Of a stretch of DNA of 64,000 bases, positions 8,599 through 16,160 are shown piece after piece (position 1 is the first letter of the stretch; the number at the start of each line of letters is the position of its first letter). The position numbers were made by a program, and so were the translations under genes. The notes under the pieces were generated by a model. It worked only from the letters and a program-made list of their open reading frames with translations. It did no database searches and had not been told where the DNA came from. The stretch is from Escherichia phage fEgEco12. The stretch lies in the sequence record PP777464.1; one strand, written 5' to 3'.

Positions 8599-8808
8599 AT
8601 GCTTACTGTACAGGATAAGATCGACATCTTAAAGGTTAATATGTATGTGATTGATGCAGTACCTGGTAAAGTATTTGCATACGATGACACCACTGTAAGC
8701 GATTTCTACTATAGCCAGGACGTGGGGGATCTTTCTGTACAGTCGGTTATTGAAAACGTAGTTAATGTAGCGTATGAGCATTTACTTTCAAATAGTACTT
8801 GCAATTAG
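8599..8808 (+). CDS. hypothetical protein (69 aa)
   Basis: ORF track; 3-prime end overlaps next promoter. Confidence 0.55.
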   Translation: MLTVQDKIDILKVNMYVIDAVPGKVFAYDDTTVSDFYYSQDVGDLSVQSVIENVVNVAYEHLLSNSTCN

Positions 8809-8877
8809 TTTTTAAACGCGTATAATGTTTTACATGAAGGGGAGAAATGATTCTCCCCACTAATTAAGGAATATGAA

Positions 8878-9024
8878 ATGAAAGCATCAAAAAAGAGTAA
8901 TACTAAGAAAGCACGTTCACCTTTCGCTGGGGTATTCCCTTTACGTTTCGTTGATGAAGTAGTTTCCTACCCGCCGGGCCTTACTCCTGAGATGGTAGAA
9001 AGTTTGCGTAAATCTAAAAAATAG
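8878..9024 (+). CDS. small basic hypothetical protein (48 aa)
   Basis: Below track cutoff; promoter, GGGGAGAAATGATTCTCCCC hairpin, RBS AAGGAA. Confidence 0.55.
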   Translation: MKASKKSNTKKARSPFAGVFPLRFVDEVVSYPPGLTPEMVESLRKSKK

Positions 9025-9105
9025 TACTTGCAATTAGTTTTTAGTACTGTATAATGTTTTACATGAAGGGGAGAAATGATTCTCCCCAATAACAGGAGAA
9101 TCAAA

Positions 9106-9258
9106 ATGAAACAATACAACGCTCGGTTTGATGTTACTATCGGTAACGGCAAAGGTCAATTCTCTTTCAGTACTCGCAAAAGTTATACAGAAAACTTCCT
9201 GCGTAATTGTGCACTGACCGCCGCACAAATTAAACATTACTTTCAGGCTAAAAAATGA
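9106..9258 (+). CDS. hypothetical protein (50 aa)
   Basis: ATG after RBS CAGGAG; track start lies in UTR hairpin. Confidence 0.6.
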   Translation: MKQYNARFDVTIGNGKGQFSFSTRKSYTENFLRNCALTAAQIKHYFQAKK

Positions 9259-9344
9259 AATCATTAGCTTATTACAGTTCGGCCCTGGTCGGTGCATTGA
9301 TCGCGGCGTTGTTAGTAACCTATCTATTCTTTATGGTGATTTAA
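9255..9344 (+). CDS. candidate hydrophobic micropeptide (29 aa)
   Basis: ATGA overlap with upstream stop; single predicted TM helix; speculative. Confidence 0.3.
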   Translation: MKSLAYYSSALVGALIAALLVTYLFFMVI

Positions 9345-9488
9345 ATGAATCCAACAGGTTTAAACTATAAAAGTTGTTCGGCGTTTACGAAAGCAAATAA
9401 AGCGAATGCACGTAAAGCGAAAGTACAGGAATACATCAAGCAAGGCATGACGCGAAAGGCGGCGATTCTAAAAGCTAAAAATAAATGA
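9345..9488 (+). CDS. small basic hypothetical protein (47 aa)
   Basis: TAAATG junction with upstream peptide; Lys/Ala-rich. Confidence 0.45.
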   Translation: MNPTGLNYKSCSAFTKANKANARKAKVQEYIKQGMTRKAAILKAKNK

Positions 9489-9605
9489 AAAAAGTGGTTG
9501 ACTCCGGTCAGCCATTTTGCTATTATATATTCATTGAGAGATAGCTCACTAGCCCACAGGGTGCATAAGTGTATCTATTATATAAGTATTGAGTACTGAA
9601 AACTA
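9489..9605 (+). repeat. Conserved intergenic module, copy 1 of 4
   Basis: TTGACTCCGGTCAG..TATTAT promoter inside near-palindrome, then box TAGCCCACAGGGTGCATAAGTGTATC; copies near 13487, 16755, 19507. Confidence 0.6.
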
Positions 9606-9698
9606 TTTTTAAAAAGTACTTGCAAACTATCTCAATAAGCGTATAATGTTTTACATCGAAAGGGGAAACGGTTTCCCCTGGTAATAAGGAAACAAATC

Positions 9699-10040
9699 AT
9701 GACTATCTCAATTGCTCAATCTAACTTTGAAAATGAAATCATCGCCCAGGCACTGCGTTTAAATGATGGTCGGGCCGAAATTAATTACGGTTTCAATTCA
9801 GGCGGTTGTGAAAAATATCAGTACTTTGTAACGGCTGATGGCGGTGTCCTGGGTATCAATACAGTTATTGTAAACATACAGAAAATTAATTTCAATGATC
9901 CAGACGATAGCCAGTTTTACATCACTGGCGTAGACGTGAACTATGAGGATGACTCACTAACTGATGATCACACTGGCGAGCGGTTAGAAAGTGCATACGG
10001 TGAAGATGATTATCAGTCCGGTCCAGAAGATTTCGAATAA
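9699..10040 (+). CDS. hypothetical protein, acidic C-terminus (113 aa)
   Basis: ORF track; promoter, hairpin GGGGAAACGGTTTCCCC, RBS AAGGAA. Confidence 0.65.
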   Translation: MTISIAQSNFENEIIAQALRLNDGRAEINYGFNSGGCEKYQYFVTADGGVLGINTVIVNIQKINFNDPDDSQFYITGVDVNYEDDSLTDDHTGERLESAYGEDDYQSGPEDFE

Positions 10041-10136
10041 TATAAAAAAATAGTTTGACAATAGATTATAGTACTGTATAATAGTTTACATCAAGGGGAG
10101 AAAAACTTCTCCCCACTAACAGAGAGAAAAAACAAA

Positions 10137-10349
10137 ATGGCTAATATCTGCACTGTACTGAAAAATGCAAAACAAGTTTTATTTTCTGATCACGATCATT
10201 TAAACAAGGATATTACTGGCGTTCGGAATATCAAAGATGTAAAAAGTGTTATGGGTATCTATTGCAATATGAAACGTGTTGGAACGTTCGGCGACAAAGT
10301 ACTATACCAGGCAGGGGATTACAATTTTACACTGACTATCATTAACTAA
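10137..10349 (+). CDS. hypothetical protein (70 aa)
   Basis: ORF track; promoter TTGACA..TATAAT, hairpin, RBS. Confidence 0.65.
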   Translation: MANICTVLKNAKQVLFSDHDHLNKDITGVRNIKDVKSVMGIYCNMKRVGTFGDKVLYQAGDYNFTLTIIN

Positions 10350-10432
10350 AAATATTATCACAGTACTATTGACATAGTTTGATAGTACTGACATAATAAC
10401 TTTTATCAACTACACTACTAAGGAATTAAAAA

Positions 10433-10612
10433 ATGGCTATCATCGCAAAAACTGAAATCGTTGGTCTGGATTCTATCATCATGACGTTTGAAGATCAAAA
10501 AGGTATGTATGTAGTTTCATATGGTGATTATGTTCGGGAGTATGAAACGGTAGACGAAGCCTTTGAAAGTTATATTCGCCAGGTGAATAAAGCATACGAC
10601 GACTACCGCTAA
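10433..10612 (+). CDS. small hypothetical protein (59 aa)
   Basis: Below track cutoff; subtype-2 promoter, RBS AAGGAA. Confidence 0.55.
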   Translation: MAIIAKTEIVGLDSIIMTFEDQKGMYVVSYGDYVREYETVDEAFESYIRQVNKAYDDYR

Positions 10613-10702
10613 AATATATTACCAGTACTATTGACATAGATTGATAGTACTGTATAATAAGTTTTATAAACAGTAGTTAACTTAACCTAAGAGAGAAATA
10701 AA

Positions 10703-10846
10703 ATGATCGCACTGGATTCATTCATCGACGCAGTACTGGCAAAAACTGGCGAGGATCTGACCGCAGAACAATACGCGATGATCGAGCAATGTCAGCAAAA
10801 CGGTAAATCGGTGAAAGATACTGTTAAGATTATCCGCAAGATGTAA
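10703..10846 (+). CDS. small hypothetical protein (47 aa), paralog of 6827-6979
   Basis: Below track cutoff; promoter, RBS GAGAGAAA. Confidence 0.5.
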   Translation: MIALDSFIDAVLAKTGEDLTAEQYAMIEQCQQNGKSVKDTVKIIRKM

Positions 10847-10951
10847 TATTATAGCCCACTGGTTAACGCTGGTGGGCTTTAATCATTTACCCTATACAAT
10901 GCCAGTACTAAACCGTTTATCTCGTTAGAATGCGTTACAGGACGTTTGACA

Positions 10952-11149
10952 ATGATTAGCATGAAATCAGTACAAAAACAAATAGAAACATTATCAAAAA
11001 TTAAACGTAAACAGTACTCGTTAGAATATACAATCAATGGTAACTATCATCTAATGAAAGAGAATAATTTCATTGTCATTGATGAATCATTGCAAGTTAT
11101 TAGTATAGTACTGAAAGCATTAATCAATGACAGAAAAAAATTAAAATAA
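10952..11149 (+). CDS. hypothetical protein
   Basis: ORF track (TTG at 10946); weak RBS; start uncertain. Confidence 0.4.
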   Translation: MISMKSVQKQIETLSKIKRKQYSLEYTINGNYHLMKENNFIVIDESLQVISIVLKALINDRKKLK

Positions 11150-11244
11150 TCTATTGACAATATCCTCCAGTACTGGCATAATACTTACATCAAGACGAGA
11201 ACGTCACTAACCCATAGGGTGCACAAATGTAACTATATAATATC

Positions 11245-11315
11245 GATCAATAAATGATCAAAAAAGTACTGGATCAATTTAGCATAAGGCGTATAATTCT
11301 GATCAATTCTTGATC
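11245..11315. promoter_or_regulatory. Cluster of five GATC sites in (T)GATCAA context around a promoter
   Basis: GATC at 11245, 11256, 11272, 11301, 11312 within 71 bp. Confidence 0.6.
11270..11297 (+). promoter_or_regulatory. Promoter with GATC-containing degenerate -35
   Basis: Consensus -35 replaced by TGGATC; -10 TATAAT; two GATC just downstream. Confidence 0.5.
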
Positions 11316-11478
11316 AAAGGCAATATACGCAGTTGAATTTATATAGACAGTACAAAGGCGTTACTATTCGTGGTAATGCTGGTGGATATGTAGTATCATA
11401 TGGTTTGAATAAGATAAACACTAGTAGTATTATTGTAGCATTACAGTACTATAGTATTTTTATAATGAGGTTAAAATA

Positions 11479-11736
11479 ATGGCAGTAGGATACGCGAAAG
11501 ACGGGGCCGAACAAGACGAGATTCATGCAGTGATTCAGGCCGCCGTTAACCACGCTAGAAAGCAAATTAACGCACAAAGAGAATCACTTGTACATTGCCT
11601 CGACTGCGGCGATAAAATCCCTGAGAATCGACGCCAGGCCGTTATAGGGTGCATGTATTGTATTACTTGCCAGGAGGATCATGATAGTACTTTTAAAAGA
11701 GATCCGCGTAATTGTTGGCATAGATCTATGAGATAA
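11479..11736 (+). CDS. TraR/DksA-family C4 zinc-finger protein
   Basis: CLDCGDKIPENRRQAVIGCMYCITCQ = C-x2-C-x17-C-x2-C spacing typical of TraR/DksA. Confidence 0.7.
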   Translation: MAVGYAKDGAEQDEIHAVIQAAVNHARKQINAQRESLVHCLDCGDKIPENRRQAVIGCMYCITCQEDHDSTFKRDPRNCWHRSMR

Positions 11737-11799
11737 AAAGTATTGACAGTACTGAAAGATAGTGTATAATGTTTTATATCTTAACTGAGGATAGTAATC

Positions 11800-12156
11800 A
11801 TGGGAATACAACATATCACGCGTACTACTGACAATGGCGAGATCACTGGCTATCAAGTACAGGGCAAAGTAGCACAATTGCAGTACTGGTTTGTTAAACG
11901 TGGAATCATTGCACCGGATCTTGATTATGACCGTGTAGCGTTTATTGATTCTCTTTATGTTGATCCTGATAGTCGGGGCAATGGTGAAGGTAACGAATTA
12001 ATGAATGCCTTTATTGATGCCGCCGATGATTCAGATTGTATCATCTTAGAATGCGATACGGGAGAAGATAACGCCTTTAATCTTAAAGAATGGTACGAAG
12101 GTTTCGGATTCGAGGTATTGATAGATAGTGAATATCCTATCATGATTTTATCATAG
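11800..12156 (+). CDS. minimal GNAT-like N-acetyltransferase (putative)
   Basis: Motif-A-like SRGNGEGNELMNAF and C-terminal NAFNLKEWYEGFGFE. Confidence 0.5.
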   Translation: MGIQHITRTTDNGEITGYQVQGKVAQLQYWFVKRGIIAPDLDYDRVAFIDSLYVDPDSRGNGEGNELMNAFIDAADDSDCIILECDTGEDNAFNLKEWYEGFGFEVLIDSEYPIMILS

Positions 12157-12234
12157 TACTTGCATTTAGTTTTCAGTACTGTTATAGTACTTGCATCAAG
12201 GGGAAACATCTTCCCCTACTAAGAGGAAATAAAA

Positions 12235-12423
12235 ATGGAAAACTTATCAAGTATTTTAGTACAAGATGATTTCGGTAATCCTGGAAGTGCTATCATTGTT
12301 CGGGGCAATAAAGCAACGTTTGTTATTGCTGGTGGACCCGTACAGCGTAGCATTAAAAATAATGCTGTTACCATTAATAATGTACGCTATCGCTTAGATA
12401 AAGAATTAATTCATAAACTGTAA
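12235..12423 (+). CDS. hypothetical protein (62 aa)
   Basis: ORF track; promoter, hairpin GGGGAAACATCTTCCCC, RBS; internal Chi. Confidence 0.6.
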   Translation: MENLSSILVQDDFGNPGSAIIVRGNKATFVIAGGPVQRSIKNNAVTINNVRYRLDKELIHKL

Positions 12424-12450
12424 TATTAATTTAATAGAGGATAACAATAA

Positions 12451-12774
12451 ATGTACATTCATACTACTGTCACAAAGGAAGTCCGTTGCCAGTTCGAAAG
12501 TATTCCGGGCGTATGTTTCATCACTGGTACGTTTTCCCCTGGTGATCGTGATAATCCAGTACTGTTACAGTTACGCCATCCATTATGGGATAAAGCATTT
12601 GATCTGCCGTTGAATGAATTCGCAACCACTGCTGATAAGTACATTAAAAATATTCGCGAGAATGATTGCCTATTCATTAATGCTTTTAGTGATGCCGCGT
12701 TAAGTGAGATCCATGCTGTATTGGTTGCAATCATGGAATCAATGGAGAAAACTATATTCAAACAAGGTGAATAA
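12451..12774 (+). CDS. hypothetical protein (107 aa)
   Basis: ORF track; RBS AGAGGA. Confidence 0.6.
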   Translation: MYIHTTVTKEVRCQFESIPGVCFITGTFSPGDRDNPVLLQLRHPLWDKAFDLPLNEFATTADKYIKNIRENDCLFINAFSDAALSEIHAVLVAIMESMEKTIFKQGE

Positions 12775-12857
12775 AAACTATTGACAATGCAATCCAGTAC
12801 TGTATAATAGTTTACATGAAGGGGAGAAATGATTCTCCCCACTAAGAGGAAAGAAAA

Positions 12858-13070
12858 ATGCAAGGTCAACTAATCGTTCGTAAATGGTCTGATACTAACG
12901 AAAAACCGTGGGATGTACAATACATCGCCCCAAATGGTGAATCCAGATATCAACCAGGTGTAACGCATAGTACTGAGCAATTCGCCGCCGCTCATCGCGA
13001 ACGTCTGTTACAATCAATGCAGCAAGGTTCCGGTGAAAAATTCATTCAGGATCATTGGCTGAAAGATTAA
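12858..13070 (+). CDS. hypothetical protein (70 aa)
   Basis: ORF track; promoter TTGACA..TATAAT, hairpin, RBS AGAGGAAA. Confidence 0.65.
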   Translation: MQGQLIVRKWSDTNEKPWDVQYIAPNGESRYQPGVTHSTEQFAAAHRERLLQSMQQGSGEKFIQDHWLKD

Positions 13071-13157
13071 AAAAGTACTTGCACAGTACTGAATAAAGTG
13101 TATAATGTTTTATATCGGAAGGGGAATAGTTCCCCTCCTAACAAAGAGGAAAGTATA

Positions 13158-13331
13158 ATGGTCCAGGTAGAATTAACAGTACTGAAAGATCTGTTTTATC
13201 GGATTGGTACTACTGGCGAATATCCGAAGGGTGATAATGCAAAACTTTACGTATCACTCGACTTATGGCAACGCGAACAATTAGCAACGGCCTGGCGTAA
13301 AGGCAAAGCAGATCGAGAGGTGAAAGCATGA
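13158..13331 (+). CDS. hypothetical protein (57 aa)
   Basis: ATG after hairpin and RBS AGAGGAAAG; track start in -10 box. Confidence 0.6.
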   Translation: MVQVELTVLKDLFYRIGTTGEYPKGDNAKLYVSLDLWQREQLATAWRKGKADREVKA

Positions 13332-13477
13332 AAGAATTCTTATTTGAAGTAGTGTTTCAAGGTGTCGGTAATAACCAACTGATTCGATCAAGTGGTTATA
13401 ATGTTAACCAGGCATGGAATAACATTAAACAAATGTACCCGAACGCTATCACATATCGCAACCCGAAAGAAGTTTAA
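13328..13477 (+). CDS. small hypothetical protein (49 aa)
   Basis: Below track cutoff; ATGA overlap with upstream stop. Confidence 0.45.
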   Translation: MKEFLFEVVFQGVGNNQLIRSSGYNVNQAWNNIKQMYPNAITYRNPKEV

Positions 13478-13486
13478 AAATATTTG

Positions 13487-13600
13487 AAAAAGGGATTGAC
13501 TCCGGTCAGTCCCTTTGCTATTATATACGCATAGAAACAAATTAGCCCACAGGGTGCATAAATGTATCTATTGTTTGCTGGTGGCTAGTACTGAAAACTA
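13487..13600 (+). repeat. Conserved intergenic module, copy 2
   Basis: Same TTGACTCCGGTCAG promoter and TAGCCCACAGGGTGCATAAATGTATC box; includes Chi at 13577. Confidence 0.6.
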
Positions 13601-13615
13601 TTTTTAAAAAAGTAC

Positions 13616-13643
13616 TTGCATTGTACTTAGAATCAAGTATAAT
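13616..13643 (+). promoter_or_regulatory. Promoter driving second candidate sRNA
   Basis: TTGCAT, 16 nt, TATAAT. Confidence 0.5.
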
Positions 13644-13649
13644 GTTTTA

Positions 13650-13728
13650 CATCAGGACGGGGAACGAAATAAGTAACCCCGTTAAGTAGTCCAGGAGTAA
13701 GACATACGAAAAACTCCCCTGATAAAAT
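13650..13728 (+). ncRNA. Candidate small RNA, copy 2
   Basis: Near-identical to 3397-3478; compensatory change in first stem (ACGGGG/CCCCGT). Confidence 0.35.
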
Positions 13729-13731
13729 AGT

Positions 13732-13759
13732 TTGACAATAGAAAGTAAACGAGTATAAT
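13732..13759 (+). promoter_or_regulatory. sigma70-like promoter
   Basis: TTGACA, 16 nt, TATAAT upstream of 13793. Confidence 0.6.
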
Positions 13760-13792
13760 ACTTACATCAACCACTGATAAGGAAACATTAAA

Positions 13793-14068
13793 ATGCGGAC
13801 TTTACTTACAGCTAACGAAATCGAGCAAGTACTGACTACTAATCTGGAACAATGGAAACGTGAAGCAGATATCCAGGCGGTTCAATGCCTTAACGATAAG
13901 TTAACGCCAGATGACTTAAGCACGATTGTTGATCCACAATTTTATGAAGATATTCACGACACGTCTTTAAGCGTCGAGGATGTACTTGATAAGCACTACA
14001 TTGATACTGATTTACATGTTTACGGTCGTAAAAACTTTATCACTATTCACGACATTTACAATACTTAA
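13793..14068 (+). CDS. hypothetical protein (91 aa)
   Basis: ORF track; promoter and RBS AAGGAAA. Confidence 0.65.
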   Translation: MRTLLTANEIEQVLTTNLEQWKREADIQAVQCLNDKLTPDDLSTIVDPQFYEDIHDTSLSVEDVLDKHYIDTDLHVYGRKNFITIHDIYNT

Positions 14069-14156
14069 GTATTGACAAAGTATCTTAGTACTGTATAATA
14101 GTTTACATCAAGTGAGGGGAAACGGTTCCCCTCCTAACAAAGAGAGAGAAATAAAA

Positions 14157-14339
14157 ATGGCTAAGTGCACTATCTGTAATAAAGAAATAGTATTAGTTCC
14201 AAGTGCCCGTGAACGTGCCGCTCGGTTCGGTGGCAAAGCGTCAGACTATACAAAAATGTTTACTGCCCATACAGCTTGCCAGGTAGCAAAACGTTCACAA
14301 GAAAGCGTAGAATTAATGCGTAAACTTTCCAAAAAATAA
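14157..14339 (+). CDS. small Cys-containing hypothetical protein (60 aa)
   Basis: ATG after hairpin and RBS; CTIC...C pattern. Confidence 0.6.
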   Translation: MAKCTICNKEIVLVPSARERAARFGGKASDYTKMFTAHTACQVAKRSQESVELMRKLSKK

Positions 14340-14426
14340 GTATTGACAAAGTATCTTAGTACTGTATAATAGTTTACATCAAGCGAGGGGAATAGTTCCC
14401 CTCCTAACAAAGAGAGAGAAATAAAA

Positions 14427-14750
14427 ATGGCTATGATCCTTGCCCAGAAAGTAGAATTGAAAATTGTAACCTCCTTTGACATTAACGTTAATCGGTGGAC
14501 TGATTCACACGGCAATACTTACCACTCTTGCTACGTGTCTGCGTTAATTGGCGACCGCTGGGAAGACCTGGGACACGAAACCTTTACATACGGTTACGGT
14601 ACACAAGGCGAATACACGGGCTTGGAGATCATTAAAGAAACCGTTATAGGTTTCAACCCGAAAGAAAAAGTTATTCATCGCATCGAGGAAGAGATCAACA
14701 AAGAAATAACAGTTCGCTACCACGATGTAAAACGTAAGAAAGACATGTAA
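14427..14750 (+). CDS. hypothetical protein, paralog of 7596-7919
   Basis: Promoter/UTR cassette 14339-14426 nearly identical to 14069-14156. Confidence 0.7.
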   Translation: MAMILAQKVELKIVTSFDINVNRWTDSHGNTYHSCYVSALIGDRWEDLGHETFTYGYGTQGEYTGLEIIKETVIGFNPKEKVIHRIEEEINKEITVRYHDVKRKKDM

Positions 14751-14772
14751 TAGAATCCATTTAAAGTACTAT

Positions 14773-14801
14773 TTGACATTGCCCAGATAGTACTTTATAA
14801 T
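14773..14801 (+). promoter_or_regulatory. sigma70-like promoter
   Basis: TTGACA, 17 nt, TATAAT. Confidence 0.6.
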
Positions 14802-14845
14802 AGACTCTAACTTGTAGTACTAACTCAACTAATAGGATGTATACC

Positions 14846-15241
14846 ATGATTACTAAATTCTACGCTACCCGTGAAGCTGCCCGTATTGTTGCACGCGAGG
14901 AAGGAGCAGCATTTAAAGACATGGGCAAAGATGCAACGAAAGGACAACGCTGGGCCGTACAGTTCAAAGAAATCTCTGATATTGTGAATTCACCTGAGCC
15001 AGTACTGACAGCAGCAGAACTAAAACGAGCGGATATGCTGGCGGCAATACTTGACGCACAAGATGAGTTTATCGCTGATTCTGATATCAAAGTACAGGTA
15101 AACCACACCGCATGGACTCACGCGGATCACCTGGCAAACCTTAAGCGTCCAAGTGAACTGATTCGCAACCAGAAAGAGATCCGACATGATCGTAAGGGTA
15201 ATCGTGTAACAGTATACAGTAAACGCCGCCAGGTTATCTAA
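14846..15241 (+). CDS. hypothetical protein, paralog of 2528-2794
   Basis: Shared N- and C-terminal blocks; RBS AGGA. Confidence 0.65.
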   Translation: MITKFYATREAARIVAREEGAAFKDMGKDATKGQRWAVQFKEISDIVNSPEPVLTAAELKRADMLAAILDAQDEFIADSDIKVQVNHTAWTHADHLANLKRPSELIRNQKEIRHDRKGNRVTVYSKRRQVI

Positions 15242-15263
15242 TAACTTGCAGTACTAACAACAC

Positions 15264-15288
15264 GGCGGGATCAGTTCCCGCCTTTTTT
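15264..15288 (+). terminator. Rho-independent terminator
   Basis: GGCGGGA-tcagt-TCCCGCC then TTTTTT. Confidence 0.7.
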
Positions 15289-15302
15289 ATAGGACAAACA
15301 AA

Positions 15303-15557
15303 ATGATTAAGGTTCAACTATATAAAGATAACATCTTACGGGTACACTATAAAGCACCTCAGAGAATCATCACAAAGGCCGTACAGCTTGCTAATGAGTT
15401 TATTAATGGTAACCTATTACCTAGGAAGTTAAGCAACGGGAAACTGCGTGTAATCGACGTGGACACTAACAACAGGATAGTAATCGAGAACACAGGAAAG
15501 ATAAACCTTTATGAGCATCAACAATACAATAAGAAAATAAAACTAATATCACGTTGA
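15303..15557 (+). CDS. hypothetical protein (84 aa)
   Basis: ORF track. Confidence 0.55.
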   Translation: MIKVQLYKDNILRVHYKAPQRIITKAVQLANEFINGNLLPRKLSNGKLRVIDVDTNNRIVIENTGKINLYEHQQYNKKIKLISR

Positions 15558-15610
15558 CAGTACTCAATTGTTTTAGTACTATGTACACATACCAACACGG
15601 GAGAAACAAA

Positions 15611-15829
15611 ATGAAATTATCTAAAATCGAAAAGAAAACTATTGATGAAGCAGTTAAGCACGGTTATACCTTTCGTAATGATTCACATTTTACCAATTTT
15701 CAACAAGGGTATCGTACTATTAAAAAACTAATTGACAAAGGTTTATTAGTTGAAGTCAATAACGGTAACGGTATCGAGTATCAACCAACACAGGACGCAT
15801 TTTATTTTAAGAAATATAATATTATCTAA
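15611..15829 (+). CDS. hypothetical protein (73 aa)
   Basis: Track start is the TTG of the -35 box; ATG after RBS GGGAG. Confidence 0.6.
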   Translation: MKLSKIEKKTIDEAVKHGYTFRNDSHFTNFQQGYRTIKKLIDKGLLVEVNNGNGIEYQPTQDAFYFKKYNII

Positions 15830-15886
15830 TTGACAGTACTCAAATGTTTTAGTACTATATGTACATACCAACACGGGGGAAACAAA

Positions 15887-16129
15887 ATGATTACTTTAGA
15901 AAAACGTATCAAAGAAACTACATCGCTGGTGGAACTGTTAACAGTACTCAAATGTAAAACAACACCATTCAGCACGCCGGACTTTATTAATATGGTTGAT
16001 GTTAATGGTCGCTATCGTATCACGGTCGAACAAGGAGCGGCGAAAGTATTCAGTACTAAAAACACGAAGGAAGTGATCCACGCCGTTAATGTTAAAAAAG
16101 TAGTTGCCATTGATAGTAAAGTACTGTAA
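15887..16129 (+). CDS. hypothetical protein (80 aa)
   Basis: Duplicated promoter as for 15611; ATG after RBS GGGGGA; internal Chi. Confidence 0.6.
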   Translation: MITLEKRIKETTSLVELLTVLKCKTTPFSTPDFINMVDVNGRYRITVEQGAAKVFSTKNTKEVIHAVNVKKVVAIDSKVL

Positions 16130-16160
16130 TATAGTTTCATTAACTCAAGGAGAACATGCA

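Noticed and set aside
1689-15610. Track start codons at 1689, 2139, 2492, 4467, 13098, 14112, 15554, 15830, 18260 and 20099
   Set aside because: These ATG/GTG/TTG codons fall inside the -35 or -10 boxes or the 5-prime UTR hairpin; the downstream ATG after the Shine-Dalgarno site is the more plausible start.
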